Positions 11,691 to 24,389 of a stretch of 41,443 nucleotides of DNA are shown piece after piece. The position numbers and the translations under genes were made by a program. The notes under the pieces are model-generated. The model saw only the letters and a list, made by a program, of their open reading frames with translations, searched no databases and was not told where the DNA came from. The DNA is from Octopus bimaculoides (lineage: Eukaryota): NCBI RefSeq assembly GCF_001194135.2, contig NC_069005.1:22073418-22114860 (forward strand). Reading direction: 5' to 3'. The number at the start of each line of letters is the position of its first letter. Position 1 is the first letter of the stretch.

Positions 11691-12154
11691 CTGAATAACA
11701 GATTAAAAATAATATATCTAAATCTATTTTTATTATTTTTTTATTATACATACATACATGCATACATACATACATACATACATACATACAAAAATACCCT
11801 GTTGTTGATGTTGAAATTCCAATGAAGGAGCCTTGGATCTAGGTTAGAAACCGGCTCTTTCTCTATTGGCGAGAAATCTTGAAATAAAATTGAACAATGA
11901 CATACATACATTCATACATACATACATACATCCATCCGTCCGTCCGTCCGTCCGTCCATCCATACATCCATCCATACATCCATACTCCTACTTGCGCACG
12001 CGCTTAAACATTCCCGTTAAAAGTCAGTCGTCGTCATCATCATCGTAGTTGTTGTTTAAGGGTTGCGTTTCAATTTTTTCCTTCAAGTAACCGAAATAAG
12101 ACGAGGTCAATGCGTGTCTGTTTATAAAGAATTCCGGCAACAGATAACATGAAA

Positions 12155-12203
<49 letters not shown>

Positions 12204-12371
12204 GTTGGTGGTGGTAGTTGTTGTGGTGGTAGTAGTGGTCGTGGTGGTAGGGGTGATGGTAGCGGTGGTGGTGGTAACACCTCACCACTAATACTTACAT
12301 TGCTACTACTACAAGCTACAACAGCGATTCGCATGAAACGATGCAGGAATCTCAACGTGGTTGGGGGACCT

Positions 12372-12391
12372 GCTAAAAACAGCAGCCAAAT
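12372..12391 (+). repeat. Short dispersed repeat motif GCTARAAAYAGCAGCCAAAT (also inverted at 3002-3020 and 40420-40438)
   Basis: Three diverged copies in the window, probably fragments of one interspersed repeat family. Confidence 0.4.
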
Positions 12392-12687
12392 TTTTAGATA
12401 AAGAAATTGGATAATGTACTGGGCACATAGAGAAAAAGCAAAAACAAAAATAAAGACGGAATAATAATGGCTGGAATTTCTTTCGATCAGAACTAAGGTT
12501 TAAACAACACCAGCAACAACAACTACTACTACTACTACTACTACTATTATTATTATTATTACTGCTAATTGGATCTTTTCTGGTTGGCTGCCAGTTTCAA
12601 TTTGTTTGAATTGATTTCATATTCAGTGTAATGAGACACTTTTATAGGCTAATCAATGCCATGAAGATCATTTTCGCTGTCTATCTA

Positions 12688-12736
12688 TCTATATATATAT
12701 ATATATGAAACTGAGGATGTGTATGTGTATGCGTGT

Positions 12737-12776
<40 letters not shown>

Positions 12777-13330
12777 TGTGTAAACCCGCAGAACTTCTGC
12801 AGTTCGCAACTGATTTTCTCCAAACTGGGATCATACATTACGCATGTTCCAGAGATTGTTTTTGGAGTCTTTCATTTTTTTCACATAATGAGTAATGGGG
12901 TCCCTGGGGGCACAGAACCCCATTTTCTGGGCAAACAATACGAACGATCGCATAACTTGGTTGCTTCGTTGGTTCAAAGGACATTACTCTTGATGACGTA
13001 CTTATGTTAATTTCCCTACCTTTATATATNNNNNNNNNNNNNNNNNNNNNNNNNNNNNNNNNNNNNNNNNNNNNNNNNNNNNATGTATGTATGTATACTT
13101 AAGATGTGTGTGTGTGTGTGTGTATGTGTGTGGGTGTGTGTGTGTGTGTGTGTGGTGTGTGTGTGTGTGTGTGTGTATGTAAACCCCCAGAACCTCTGAA
13201 GTTCGCAACTGAATTTCTCCAAACTGCGAACACACCTGACTTATGTTCTAGAGATGGTTTTAGACTCTTAAAATGTTTCACATAATGAATAATGGTGCCC
13301 CCCGGGGGGCAAAAAATCCCCTTTCCTGTA
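12688..13330 (+). mobile_element. Two tandem Helitron-like 5' units
   Basis: A|TC start followed by (TA)n-GAAACTGAGGA-(TG)n. A diverged direct repeat of about 150 bp at 12780 and 13179 (GTAAACCC.CAGAAC...), each preceded by a TG tract with a GG interruption. Confidence 0.55.
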
Positions 13331-13675
13331 GTACGTACGACTGCCTGCATGTTGTATTAAATGGATGAACCGATGTAGACTCTAAACTGTGTTGTCTGAG
13401 TGGTAGCAGTAATAACCTGTCCCCGTAGTACCATAGGTAGCAATTTGTTGGAATAAAAACCGTTTGGAACGCACTATGTTTATTATAAAAAATATGCTAA
13501 AATATGTTAAACCTTGAGCAACTATTCAACTATTTTCTTTTAGCTTCAGTATCAAAGTCTTCTTTCTAAGCATAGATGAAGCCCATACAAATATTCTTCA
13601 GCTATTAATTACGAACTAAAATATCGCATATACATTAACCTACTAATTTATGGTGTCTAAGACTCGACCATGTTA

Positions 13676-14458
13676 GTTAGAAACCGTGTCGTTAATGTGA
13701 CCTTGCATGCACGGACGATTCATGCAGAATTGTTTTCTTTTAGGAGCTGAGTTGTCCACACAATGGCCACACGCTGTTTACACGAAGGCGTGCACAATTG
13801 AGCCACGACTATTGATTCCCAACCACGTCAGCACCCTAACGTCACGTGACCCAACCACGTTTTGTTAGAAACCGTGTCCTTAATATGACCTTGCGTATCC
13901 GACGCTGCATGCAGAATTGTTTTCATTTGGGAGCTGAGTTGTGCTCACAGTGGCCACACGCTGTTTACGCGAAGGAGTGCATAATTGAGCCATGACTATT
14001 GATTCCAAACCGAAATATCGCATGACAGTGTTGTTTTCAAGCGCTTCCTTGCCAATCACCCCTTACCACGTCATTTCTTTCATGTAAATTTCTCTCATGT
14101 AGTGTTGTTGAGCGCGCCGACCCGACAGGCTTGATATATCGCATAGATGTAGTTCCTATGCCTGCTCATTGCTCAGCGTGGTAGTGGTATCGCCGACAGT
14201 CGCAAAGCTGAGTATATCCACAAAGAGCTTTTTGGTGCGTTCAAAAATCACATACCCCCACCCACTTTTCCATGACGAGGTTAGGGCCTGGAATTTTCCA
14301 AACAAACGCATGACATATCAGTCGAATTAGCCCTTCATTTATCCGACAAATGTTTTCTCGTCAATGCTGCCCTTTTCCGTATCACATGCTTCAACTTAAC
14401 TGGATCATATACAAACTATGCCATTTAAAACCCGAGCAACGCCGGGTATGTCTGCTAG
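13676..14458 (+). mobile_element. Helitron-like body with internal tandem duplication and canonical 3' end
   Basis: GC hairpin CCCGAGC-AAC-GCCGGG (14431-14446) lies 8 nt before CTAG (14455-14458). A unit of about 148 bp is duplicated at 13676 and 13864. Confidence 0.75.
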
Positions 14459-15077
14459 CAAAGAAATAAAGAGTTATTAGCTATTAAAGTTTGAAAATTG
14501 TGGATAATATTAGTCAATCGTAAGCCACAGACATATTCATGTTTGTTTCCAGAGTAACAAGCTTTTGTCTGCGAGAAAGCACGTCTTGACAAATATATTG
14601 AAACCAATTGTTGACACTGTGTTCTACTGTTTTACCCACCTGGAAATTTTCTGTGAATTTATGTGGCGCAGGAGTTATGAAATTGTGATTTGTTCGAGAA
14701 ATGTGCTGTTTATCGCATTAAATGCATATTGAATGCTTAAAACCACAAAAGACGTGTTGTTTACTCATTTTCTGCGCGTAGAATACAAATATTGACAACA
14801 CGTGCTACTTTCAGGATGTTGACAAAATGTACTGTCACGTACAAAATGACAGCTTCCAAATCCTGTTTTCTGACTGGGTGAAAATGATAAAAACTTTAAA
14901 CCTCTTTAACTTTTTTTTTTTTAATTTCTGGGAAACAGTGAAATAACTCAAGCAATTCAGCTCGGAAAACTACGTTAATGTACCAAATTTTCAGATTTTC
15001 GATAAACTTCAATTTTTGAAACCTTGGCAGCCAAACGGAAAAGAGCCCTACTATTACTACTGCTACTGCTGCTGGAG

Positions 15078-15113
<36 letters not shown>

Positions 15114-16483
15114 TCACATCACTGGTGTTTCTGTTAGAGTCCTGCGAAACTTTAAGTTGCATGAAGCTGAATCAACGTGTCAAGTCGTGCTAAGAACAAA
15201 TATGCAAATATTCAATTCATACATACATACATACATACATACATACATAATATATTTTTTGATCTACACCCATACTTTTTTATTAATTGTCTCAAAACTT
15301 ACCGGAGATTATCAAGTGTTTTGTCTATTATAACACGCACGAATGAATTCATCCCAAACATTCATTTGGTCGATCGTGCCTTGAAATCATGTCATCTGAA
15401 GAAGAGAATGGATGATAGGGTTATTATTATTACATATTTTCATTGTATGAATTGCATAACATTGTATGAGACATGGAATAAGAATATCGTCCATTTACGG
15501 AAACGAGTGCAATATCAGTCAGACTTCTTTCCTCATTTAAATTATTATTTTTCTTCCTCATTCTATGAGGTTTATATTAAGAATATAGAATACTACCAAG
15601 TACTCAAAGACAGCATTAGAACTCATGAAGAAATCAGGTACCATGTTGACATAGCCACGTAGCCACGTAAAAGTCTTCCCTTTATTGTATATATACATAT
15701 CAGAAAATCGTACCTGTGCATGACAATGTACTGGATTACACACCTAGTATGTACTGAAAAGAAATCTTATCGAAAAACCTACAGTTGGTTCGAACACGTG
15801 ATTCTGTCACTGGTTTTCTCTATATTACGTCTTCGTTGATATATTTATACTAGTACATTTAGTATTAATAACCTATTTATACATACATTTACAGAGGTAC
15901 AGAGATAGGAAATGATCTTTTTTTTATTCCCGTTTATCATGTGATCTACGGTAATACGAATAATGGAGGTCCCAGCAAAAGAATAAATAAAAGGAAATAC
16001 ATAACACAATTTCTGTTATAGTCTTTATGGTGTATTGTAACAATCACCTACAATGGTTATTTTTTTTTAAACATTGAGCACAACAATAAAATACTTTAGT
16101 TGCAAGGAAATGAGAGAAGTTTATATTTGGTACAATTGATAGAGGTATAGGAAAACCACTTTTCTTATTCAGTCTTCTATTTCTTTGATAATACTCATCA
16201 TATACGAAAGGATCCTCGAATCAACATAATTTCAAACTGAGAACAGTAAAAGAGGTTCCAAATCACATTTTGATAAAAATACTGGTATCAAAATTGGAAT
16301 TTATAAGTATTTTCAAGACAGTGTAATTTTTAATAATTGCCTTCTTTTCGTAAAAGTTACATACTCATAACCAATAAATGATCAGCTTGTTTTATTATTA
16401 TAGCATGCAGACACACACACACACACACGTTTCCCTGAGCTCAATGGCTATCTAAATTTATCAATATATATATATATATGTGT

Positions 16484-16526
<43 letters not shown>

Positions 16527-16528
<2 letters not shown>

Positions 16529-16948
16529 CTTTATCTTTTAATTGTTTCAGTCATTATACTGCGTCCATGCTGTGGCACCGCCTTGATGAATCTTAGTCAA
16601 ACGAATCGACACCAGTACTTATTATTTTTTGTAAAGTTTGGCACTTATTCTGACGGTCTCTTTAGCCGAACCGCTACGTTACGGGGACGTAAACACACCA
16701 ACACCAGTTCCAGGTGATGGTGGGGAACAAACACAGACACAAAGACACACATACCTGCAAATACATACATACACACACACATACATATATATACACACAA
16801 GACAGGTTTCTTTCAGTTTCCGTCTACCAAATTCACTCACAAAGCTTTGGTCGACACGAGGCTATAGTAGAAGACACTTGCACAGGGTGCCACGCAGTGG
16901 GACTGAACCCGGCACCATGTGGTTAGCAAGCAAACTTCTTACCACACA
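16527..16948 (-). mobile_element. SINE family AB, near full length
   Basis: On the minus strand: tRNA-like head with GGTTCAGTCCC B-box-like motif, core GCAAGTGTCTTCTACTATAGCC, internal TA/TG microsatellite, body, and an AAAAG-type tail. Confidence 0.9.
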
Positions 16949-17316
16949 AGATAGATACTGAGTAAGAGAATAACTCAAAAAATTCCAATTACAATAAATC
17001 AAATAGATGTTGCTATACTGAATGACGTAAGACAATTCTTAATGAATTAGTTGGAAAAAACAATTCCAATTAAGGTAGTGAAATATATTCGTTGCTGTCA
17101 CAATCTTAGCTTCCAAACACGAGATCTTCCATTGCGCATGCGAATAAATGCTTTTTAAAATTAATTTAAAAATTTATTGAGAGTCTATCTTCCCTTATGT
17201 CTTAGTAAGACCGCAACAATTTATGCCAGATTCTTCTTTTTATTTCCTTTGTCCAACTAACAAAAACTTTTCAAGAATTTCTTGCGCACGTCATTCTGTA
17301 CAACACTTACCTGAGT

Positions 17317-17349
<33 letters not shown>

Positions 17350-17619
17350 GTATGTATATATATATATGTATGTATATGCATATATATATATATATATTAT
17401 ATATATATGTATATCTATATATATATATATCTATCTATCTATATATATAGATACATACATACATACATACATATATACGTTATGTAAACATTTTGTAGAC
17501 ATTTTTACGCGTACATTGTGTGCATACATATACAAATATACATATAGATGCATACATATGTATATATATGTATGTACGCATGTATGTATATATGAAAGCA
17601 TGTATATTTTATTTATTTA

Positions 17620-17656
17620 TGTGTTTCAGCCAAGTGGCTGCGGTCATGCTGGTGCA
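17620..17656 (-). mobile_element. SINE family AB 3' micro-fragment
   Basis: GTTTCAGCCAAGTGGCTGCGGTCATGCTGGTGCA. Confidence 0.55.
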
Positions 17657-18944
17657 ATATACGTATACATGTATGCATATATATACATATACATACATAT
17701 ATATGTAGTTAGNNNNNNNNNNNNNNNNNNNNNNNNNNNNNNNNNNNNNNNNNNNNNNNNNNNNNNNNNNNNNNNNNNNNNNNNNNNNNNNNNNNNNNNN
17801 NNNNNNNNNNNNNNNNNNNNNNNNNNNNNNNNNNNNNNNNNNNNNNNNNNNNNNNNNNNNNNNNNNNNNNNNNNNNNNNNNNNNNNNNNNNNNNNNNNNN
17901 NNNNNNNNNNNNNNNNNNNNNNNNNNNNNNNNNNNNNNNNNNNNNNNNNNNNNNNNNNNNNNNNNNNNNNNNNNNNNNNNNNNNNNNNNNNNNNNNNNNN
18001 NNNNNNNNNNNNNNNNNNNNNNNNNNNNNNNNNNNNNNNNNNNNNNNNNNNNNNNNNNNNNNNNNNNNNNNNNNNNNNNNNNNNNNNNNNNNNNNNNNNN
18101 NNNNNNNNNNNNNNNNNNNNNNNNNNNNNNNNNNNNNNNNNNNNNNNNNNNNNNNNNNNNNNNNNNNNNNNNNNNNNNNNNATCACCGCCGCCTCCACTT
18201 CTATCCGTAACGTTTTTTTTGTTTGTTTTGTTATATATGTATTTTTGCCTTTCTCCACACCATATAGGCGGTGGGGGTGGAGATGGGGGGGGGCAGAGAT
18301 GCTGAGGCGTAAGGCAACAGTTGTGATATGGCATTGGATGATGGTGATGAAGGAGGCGGCGGCGGTGGCGGTGGCGGCGGCGGTGGTAGGCTAGGGGAGG
18401 CAAGCATCTCCGTGAACCTTTTAATTGTAATTGAGTGAAGTCTCAACAGCACTCGATGAACTCAGAGAATACAACCTCCCATACACCCAACCATCACCAC
18501 CACCACCACCACCACCATCACCTCACCCCCATACACCCATACACAGCACCGGAGACAAATACATAAGCAAACAAATAAAAACAGAGATTAAATGTAAAAA
18601 AAAAATCATTTTCACTAATATACATTTAATATACTCCTCTCTCTCTCTCTCTCTCCCTCTCAGTATTCTTCTCCTCCCTCTCTCTCCCTCTCTCTTATCT
18701 TTCTCCTCCAGCTTTTCCGTTTGTCTTCTCCTTCTTTCTTTAATCATCTCCCCCCACCACCACCTATCTTTCAGCGCAATTTTTTTTATTCATTTTACGA
18801 TTTTCTTACCTCAGATTCGTCAAGCTATCATTAGTCCTCATCTCATACCTTTGCATTCTCATACTCTCATCCCCGTGCACTCTCCCCCCCACACACACAC
18901 GCACACATGCACACATGTACACACACTCACACACACTCAGACAC

Positions 18945-19260
18945 TCAGACACACACACACACAAACAAGCATTCACACAAATGCTCACGCCATGCATGCA
19001 TACCAGCATGTATGTATGTATGTATGTATGTATGTATGTATGTACGTACGTACGTACGTATGCATGTATGTATGTATCCATGCACGTATGTATGCGTGCA
19101 TGTATATATGGACGTACGTATGGACGTATGTATGTGTGTACATACGAATGTATGTATCAATGTATGCACATATGAATGTATATATGTACGTACGTATGTA
19201 TGTATGTATGTATGTATATATGTATATGTGCAGATTTGTATGTTTTGTTTTATGTATGTA
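18945..19260. repeat. Compound (CA)n/(TATG)n/(TACG)n microsatellite
   Basis: Read directly. Confidence 0.9.
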
Positions 19261-19879
19261 TTCTCATGCATATAGTTGCATATCTAGACATGCTTATATA
19301 TATTTAAATGATAAACTTATGGAAAGTTTTACAGATTTTTACAGTTACAGTAATGGATTGGATCTGTAGACTTCGAATTAGCTTCCTCTGTTCTAGTTTT
19401 GAGAAGCCTAATTTCTCAAGATAGGTATTTAGCCAGTATGTTACATATCCTAGGGCCCCATAATTACAGGTATAAATCTGAACTTGTAATCTGGATGGAG
19501 TATGTATGCATGTGTGTATGTATGTATGTATGTATGTATGTATGTATGTATGGATGGATGGATGGATAGATGGATGGATGGATGTATAGGGTTACTGTCT
19601 TGGTTTAGCAAAGTTTTCCCCGTTGGTTTAAAAATTCTGTCTAGGATTTTCGGAAATCTGAAACTTTTTCTCTCTTATGATTTTTAACACAAAAGCACAA
19701 TGAGTCAGCACTAGACCTTAGTTTTCAACTAACACGTTCTGAAGGGAACTTTTTCGAGGCTTGAAGAGAGAACTCTATGATCTTTCCAACTTTGTCTCAT
19801 TCTAAAGTCAGGGCGCCCTCGTTCGCCGTTTCAGTTGGCGCTTCCCATAGTTTATGCACATTTCCGAATCTCCAATTTT

Positions 19880-19990
19880 GGTCCGTTTGTCTTTTATCTT
19901 CGTTTCAGTCAGTGAACTTACGGCTTTCATCGTGCATCGCCTTGAAAGAGTTTAGTTGAAAAATCGACTGCCAGGGCTTAATTTTATTTT
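19880..19990 (-). mobile_element. Old SINE family AB 3' fragment
   Basis: GTTTCAGTCAGTGAACTTACGG...CGCCTTGAAAGAGTTTAGTTGAAAAATCGAC. Confidence 0.55.
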
Positions 19991-20416
19991 CCTGTTTTGA
20001 GAGGCTTTCAGTCGTTGATCAGGTATTAATGATTGACAAGTTATTAAAGACAATTTACAATCGCAATATTATGACTAAATTGGATCCTCTCGTTGCGTTA
20101 AGGACGTTACTTTTGCTTTTCGTTCAGCTTTTAATGATTTCAATCTCGAAATATTTCTCTATTTCTCAAATTTGACTGCAAATGTGTTAGAGCCGAAGTT
20201 TTGTCTTACAGACAAAAAGTGAAGCAGTAATCTTTAATGTAATTGCACCAATGGTTAAACCTGAGCTTGCAAAATACCTCTCGGTATGCACCCTCTCTCA
20301 CACGCATACACGCGCAAGTGGCTATATTTTCACATGCTCTCAACAATGCATTTCGTAGCATAATTACACCACTAATACACATGCCGATGGAGCATCTACT
20401 CAGAAACACACACAGC

Positions 20417-20447
<31 letters not shown>

Positions 20448-20525
20448 CATAAGCAAACAATACAACCTGACAGAGAAACATTTCTGAGTCCACAAATACA
20501 CACGCACGTGCAAAAGTGTACATGT

Positions 20526-20556
<31 letters not shown>

Positions 20557-21538
20557 ANNNNNNNNNNNNNNNNNNNNNNNNNNNNNNNNNNNNNNNNNNN
20601 NNNNNNNNNNNNNNNNNNNNNNNNNNNNNNNNNNNNNNNNNNNNNNNNNNNNNNNNNNNNNNNNNNNNNNNNNNNNNNNNNNNNNNNNNNNNNNNNNNNN
20701 NNNNNNNNNNNNNNNNNNNNNNNNNNNNNNNNNNNNNNNNNNNNNNNNNNNNNNNNNNNNNNNNNNNNNNNNNNNNNNNNNNNNNNNNNNNNNNNNNNNN
20801 NNNNNNNNNNNNNNNNNNNNNNNNNNNNNNNNNNNNNNNNNNNNNNNNNNNNNNNNNNNNNNNNNNNNNNNNNNNNNNNNNNNNNNNNNNNNNNNNNNNN
20901 NNNNNNNNNNNNNNNNNNNNNNNNNNNNNNNNNNNNNNNNNNNNNNNNNNNNNNNNNNNNNNNNNNNNNNNNNNNNNNNNNNNNNNNNNNNNNNNNNNNN
21001 NNNNNNNNNNNNNNNNNNNNNNNNNNNNNNNNNNNNNNNNNNNNNNNNNNNNNNNNNNNNNNNNNNNNNNNNNNNNNNNNNNNNNNNNNNNNNNNNNNNN
21101 NNNNNNNNNNNNNNNNNNNNNNNNNNNNNNNNNNNNNNNNNNNNNNNNNNNNNNNNNNNNNNNNNNNNNNNNNNNNNNNNNNNNNNNNNNNNNNNNNNNN
21201 NNNNNNNNNNNNNNNNNNNNNNNNNNNNNNNNNNNNNNNNNNNNNNNNNNNNNNNNNNNNNNNNNNNNNNNNNNNNNNNNNNNNNNNNNNNNNNNNNNNN
21301 NNNNNNNNNNNNNNNNNNNNNNNNNNNNNNNNNNNNNNNNNNNNNNNNNNNNNNNNNNNNTTATTTATTTCTAATTTCCACCCTCTAGATTTGTTACCAA
21401 TATTCATTAACCAAAAGGTCACAAATTTGCTGATTCGACAGAAAAATCTACGTTTGAAACCTAATACAGTTGATGGAGGAGAAGATGAAAACGTTCATGT
21501 AAAGATAATATCGTTAATCCAGCTAAAAGGCTTAAACT

Positions 21539-22186
21539 TCACCAACACCCCACTGTCGCCGCCGCCACCAGTACCGCCACCACCGCTGCCACCACCACCA
21601 ATGCCACCACCACCACTGCCGCCACCACCACCACCAGCTCTCCCATCATCAGCACTACTATCACAATTACTACTAACCTTATCACCACCACCAATACCAC
21701 CAATACCACCACCACCACCATCGCCACCACCACCAGCCCTGCTATCACAATTACAGCCACCATTATCATCACTGTCACCACGACCACGACCACCATCACC
21801 GTTGCCAACACCACCACTACGTCCCTTACCACCGTCAATACCACCGTTGCCACTACCACCAACAATAAAACCACCACTACCGCCACCACAGCACTATTGC
21901 AATCACTATAACTACCACTACCGCATCAACCACTGTCACTTTTACCACCACCATCATCATCATCACAGTCGCCATTTCCACGACCACTACTACAGCCACT
22001 ACCACCACCGCCGCTACTACCCCTACATCAACATTATCCCGTTCGTAACTTTCACTTCAAGCCCTCCACTTCCACCATCATCATCATCGCCATAACAAAT
22101 ACAATACTACTCCCACTTCTATCACATCAGGCAACACCATAGCAACCCCCATCATCACTATCACTATCATTAACACGATATTAACC

Positions 22187-22226
<40 letters not shown>

Positions 22227-22516
22227 GAATTACCACTAGAAGTCTAAGCAACATCACTACTACGAATATCATCACAACTACCACCACAAGTACCACCACA
22301 GCTACTACGTTTATAAGATACACAAACACCATTGCAACCACCTCACAACAACTACTACAACCTCTATCAAAACAAACACAACTCCAACCGTTACCACAAC
22401 ATCCACTTATCACAAAAAACACCACAACAACAACCATCACCACCACAATTACAACAACCATTACAACTACAACAACAACAACCACTATAATCATCACCAC
22501 AACAACAATTATCACC
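21539..22516. repeat. About 1 kb of degenerate (ACC/ACT/ACA)n low-complexity sequence
   Basis: Read directly. Produces Pro-, Thr- and His-rich open frames. Confidence 0.9.
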
Positions 22517-22536
22517 ATGGATACGTTATGGTCACA

Positions 22537-22656
22537 GCATGGCCGAACGGTTAAGAAGTTCGCTTCACAAGCACGAGACTCTGGGTTCGATCGATCTGCA
22601 CAATATCTTAAACAAATGACTTTTACGAGAGGCTCGAGTCGACACAAACCTTATGA
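22537..22656 (+). mobile_element. Diverged SINE family AB head
   Basis: GCATGGCCGAACGGTTAAGAAGTTCGCTTC...CTGGGTTCGATC...GAGGCTCGAGTCGACACAAACCTTATGA. Confidence 0.65.
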
Positions 22657-22660
22657 CAGA

Positions 22661-22887
22661 AAGGCGGCTAGCTGGCAGAANNNNNNNNNNNNTGGCAGAA
22701 ACGTTAGCACGCCGGGCGAAATGCTTAGCGGTATTTCGTCTGCCGTTACGTTCTGAGTTCAAATTCCGCAGTGGTCGACTTAAGTACCAGTTACGCACTG
22801 GGGTCGATGTAATCGATTTAATCCCTTTATCTGTCCTTGTTTGTCCCCTCTATGTTTAGCCCCTTGTGGACAATAAAGAAATAAGAA
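22661..22887 (+). mobile_element. SINE family C monomer with a 30-bp internal deletion
   Basis: Highly similar to 4895-5122 but lacks TGCCTTTCATCCTTTCGGGGTCGATAAATT (junction 22781/22782). Confidence 0.9.
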
Positions 22888-23477
22888 AATTTGTAAACTG
22901 TATTCATGTTCCCACTGACAACACATCAAGCAAATATATATAAAAAAAAAAAAAAGCAACAGAAGCCTCATAGAGCTTACAGAGCACTTTTACAAGAGTT
23001 GCCTGCATCAGCGCTACAATTTATCCTATTGCAAAATAGGGTACACTGTTCGCTACTTGTAAAACACATTGTTAAGTCAGTCATTTAAGAACGGATCAAA
23101 ATGATGCGTCCGCTGTCTTTCAAAGAAGTTCCAGGTTACCTGCTAACCTGCCCCAATTTTAAATAAATGAATAAATAAATAAATAATAAAATAAGCGAAT
23201 TAATTTTAACTTTGCCGACACATGCCCAAATTTTTCCTCGGGAATTTCAAAGAGATCAATCTCACTGATGCTTGACAGACGATCTAGAATAATTGCATAC
23301 AATTTATTTCCAGTTTACTGGTGCGTATGTCTGTATTTTTCCATTCATTTTCATCGTCTGCTTTCAGCCATTTTAATGCTTCTTTTCTTTCTCTTCTATT
23401 CGCTCACAACTTTTAGTTTTCAATTGTAATTTCATTCACATCTAGGATGCATTATTGAAAATCGACTGCAAAACTTG

Positions 23478-23610
23478 ACTGGCACTTTATTTTATCAACT
23501 CTGGAAAGATGAGAGGCAAAGTTGACCTCGGTGGAATTTGAAATCATAACGTAATGGGTCGGAACTCAATACCACAAGACATTTTGTCCGACGCTCTAAA
23601 TCTACTGCTT
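23478..23610 (-). mobile_element. Diverged SINE family C fragment
   Basis: CTGGCACTTTATTTTATCAACTCTGGAAAGATGAGAGGCAAAGTTGACCTCGGTGGAATTTGAA. Confidence 0.75.
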
Positions 23611-23629
23611 TCTACAGTTCTTCTTCACT

Positions 23630-23704
23630 ACTACTACTGCTGCTGCTGCTGCCTCTACTACCACTACTACTACTACTACAACTGAAACTAATATATTGCT
23701 GCTG

Positions 23705-23741
<37 letters not shown>

Positions 23742-23765
23742 AACAAGTAGTAGTAGTAGTAGTAT
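23630..23765. repeat. (CTA)n/(CTG)n/(TAG)n trinucleotide tract
   Basis: Read directly. Confidence 0.9.
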
Positions 23766-24389
23766 CGTTTCTTCTCTATTACCACCACCGTCGTTTACGC
23801 CATAGTTTCCTTCTAGTCTTTTCATGTTAATACTTCATTTTCCCCCCTCTTGCACCGCCACCATCATCTCCTCTCCCCACCCGCTTCTTCCTTATATGGA
23901 ATTAAAAAGAAAATAAATAATAACATTAAAAAAACGCCCGGAACCGGATGTGGCCGGATGTAGCGACATTATTCAGGTCAATTAGATCTTCTCAATCCAC
24001 ATGAACGGACATGATCAGAAAACACAATTGTATATATATATATATATATNNNNNNNNNNNNNNNNNNNNNNNNNNNNNNNNNNNNNNNNNNNNNNNNNNN
24101 NNNNNNNNNNNNNNNNNNNNTATAAATACACCCATGCATGCATACATATATATGCAACACAATAGCATACTTTCTTCAATCCCTCCCTTTCTTCTTCTTC
24201 TTCTTCTTCTTCTTCAATCGTATGTCGTGTGCTCTCTTCATCCTCCTCCTCCTCCTCCTCCTCCCTAAACTCACCCTACCCGTCCGCCAATGTCTATAAG
24301 TACATAGCTTCTGTTTAAATCGACACCGGAAGCTGAGGAAATCCGCCTTATTTATTTACTTATTATTCTAATTCTAATTTTTTTTTTTT

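Noticed and set aside
17300-17315. Perfect minus-strand donor CAG|GTAAGT
   Set aside because: The upstream sequence is (TA)n microsatellite, so there is no plausible exon.
21539-22516. Mucin-, extensin- or formin-like Pro/Thr/His-rich protein
   Set aside because: Degenerate ACN trinucleotide repeat. The Thr frame runs straight into a SINE head and the reading frame shifts arbitrarily.
22673-22700. TGGCAGAA duplicated on both sides of a 12-N gap
   Set aside because: Contig overlap inside one SINE, not a TSD.
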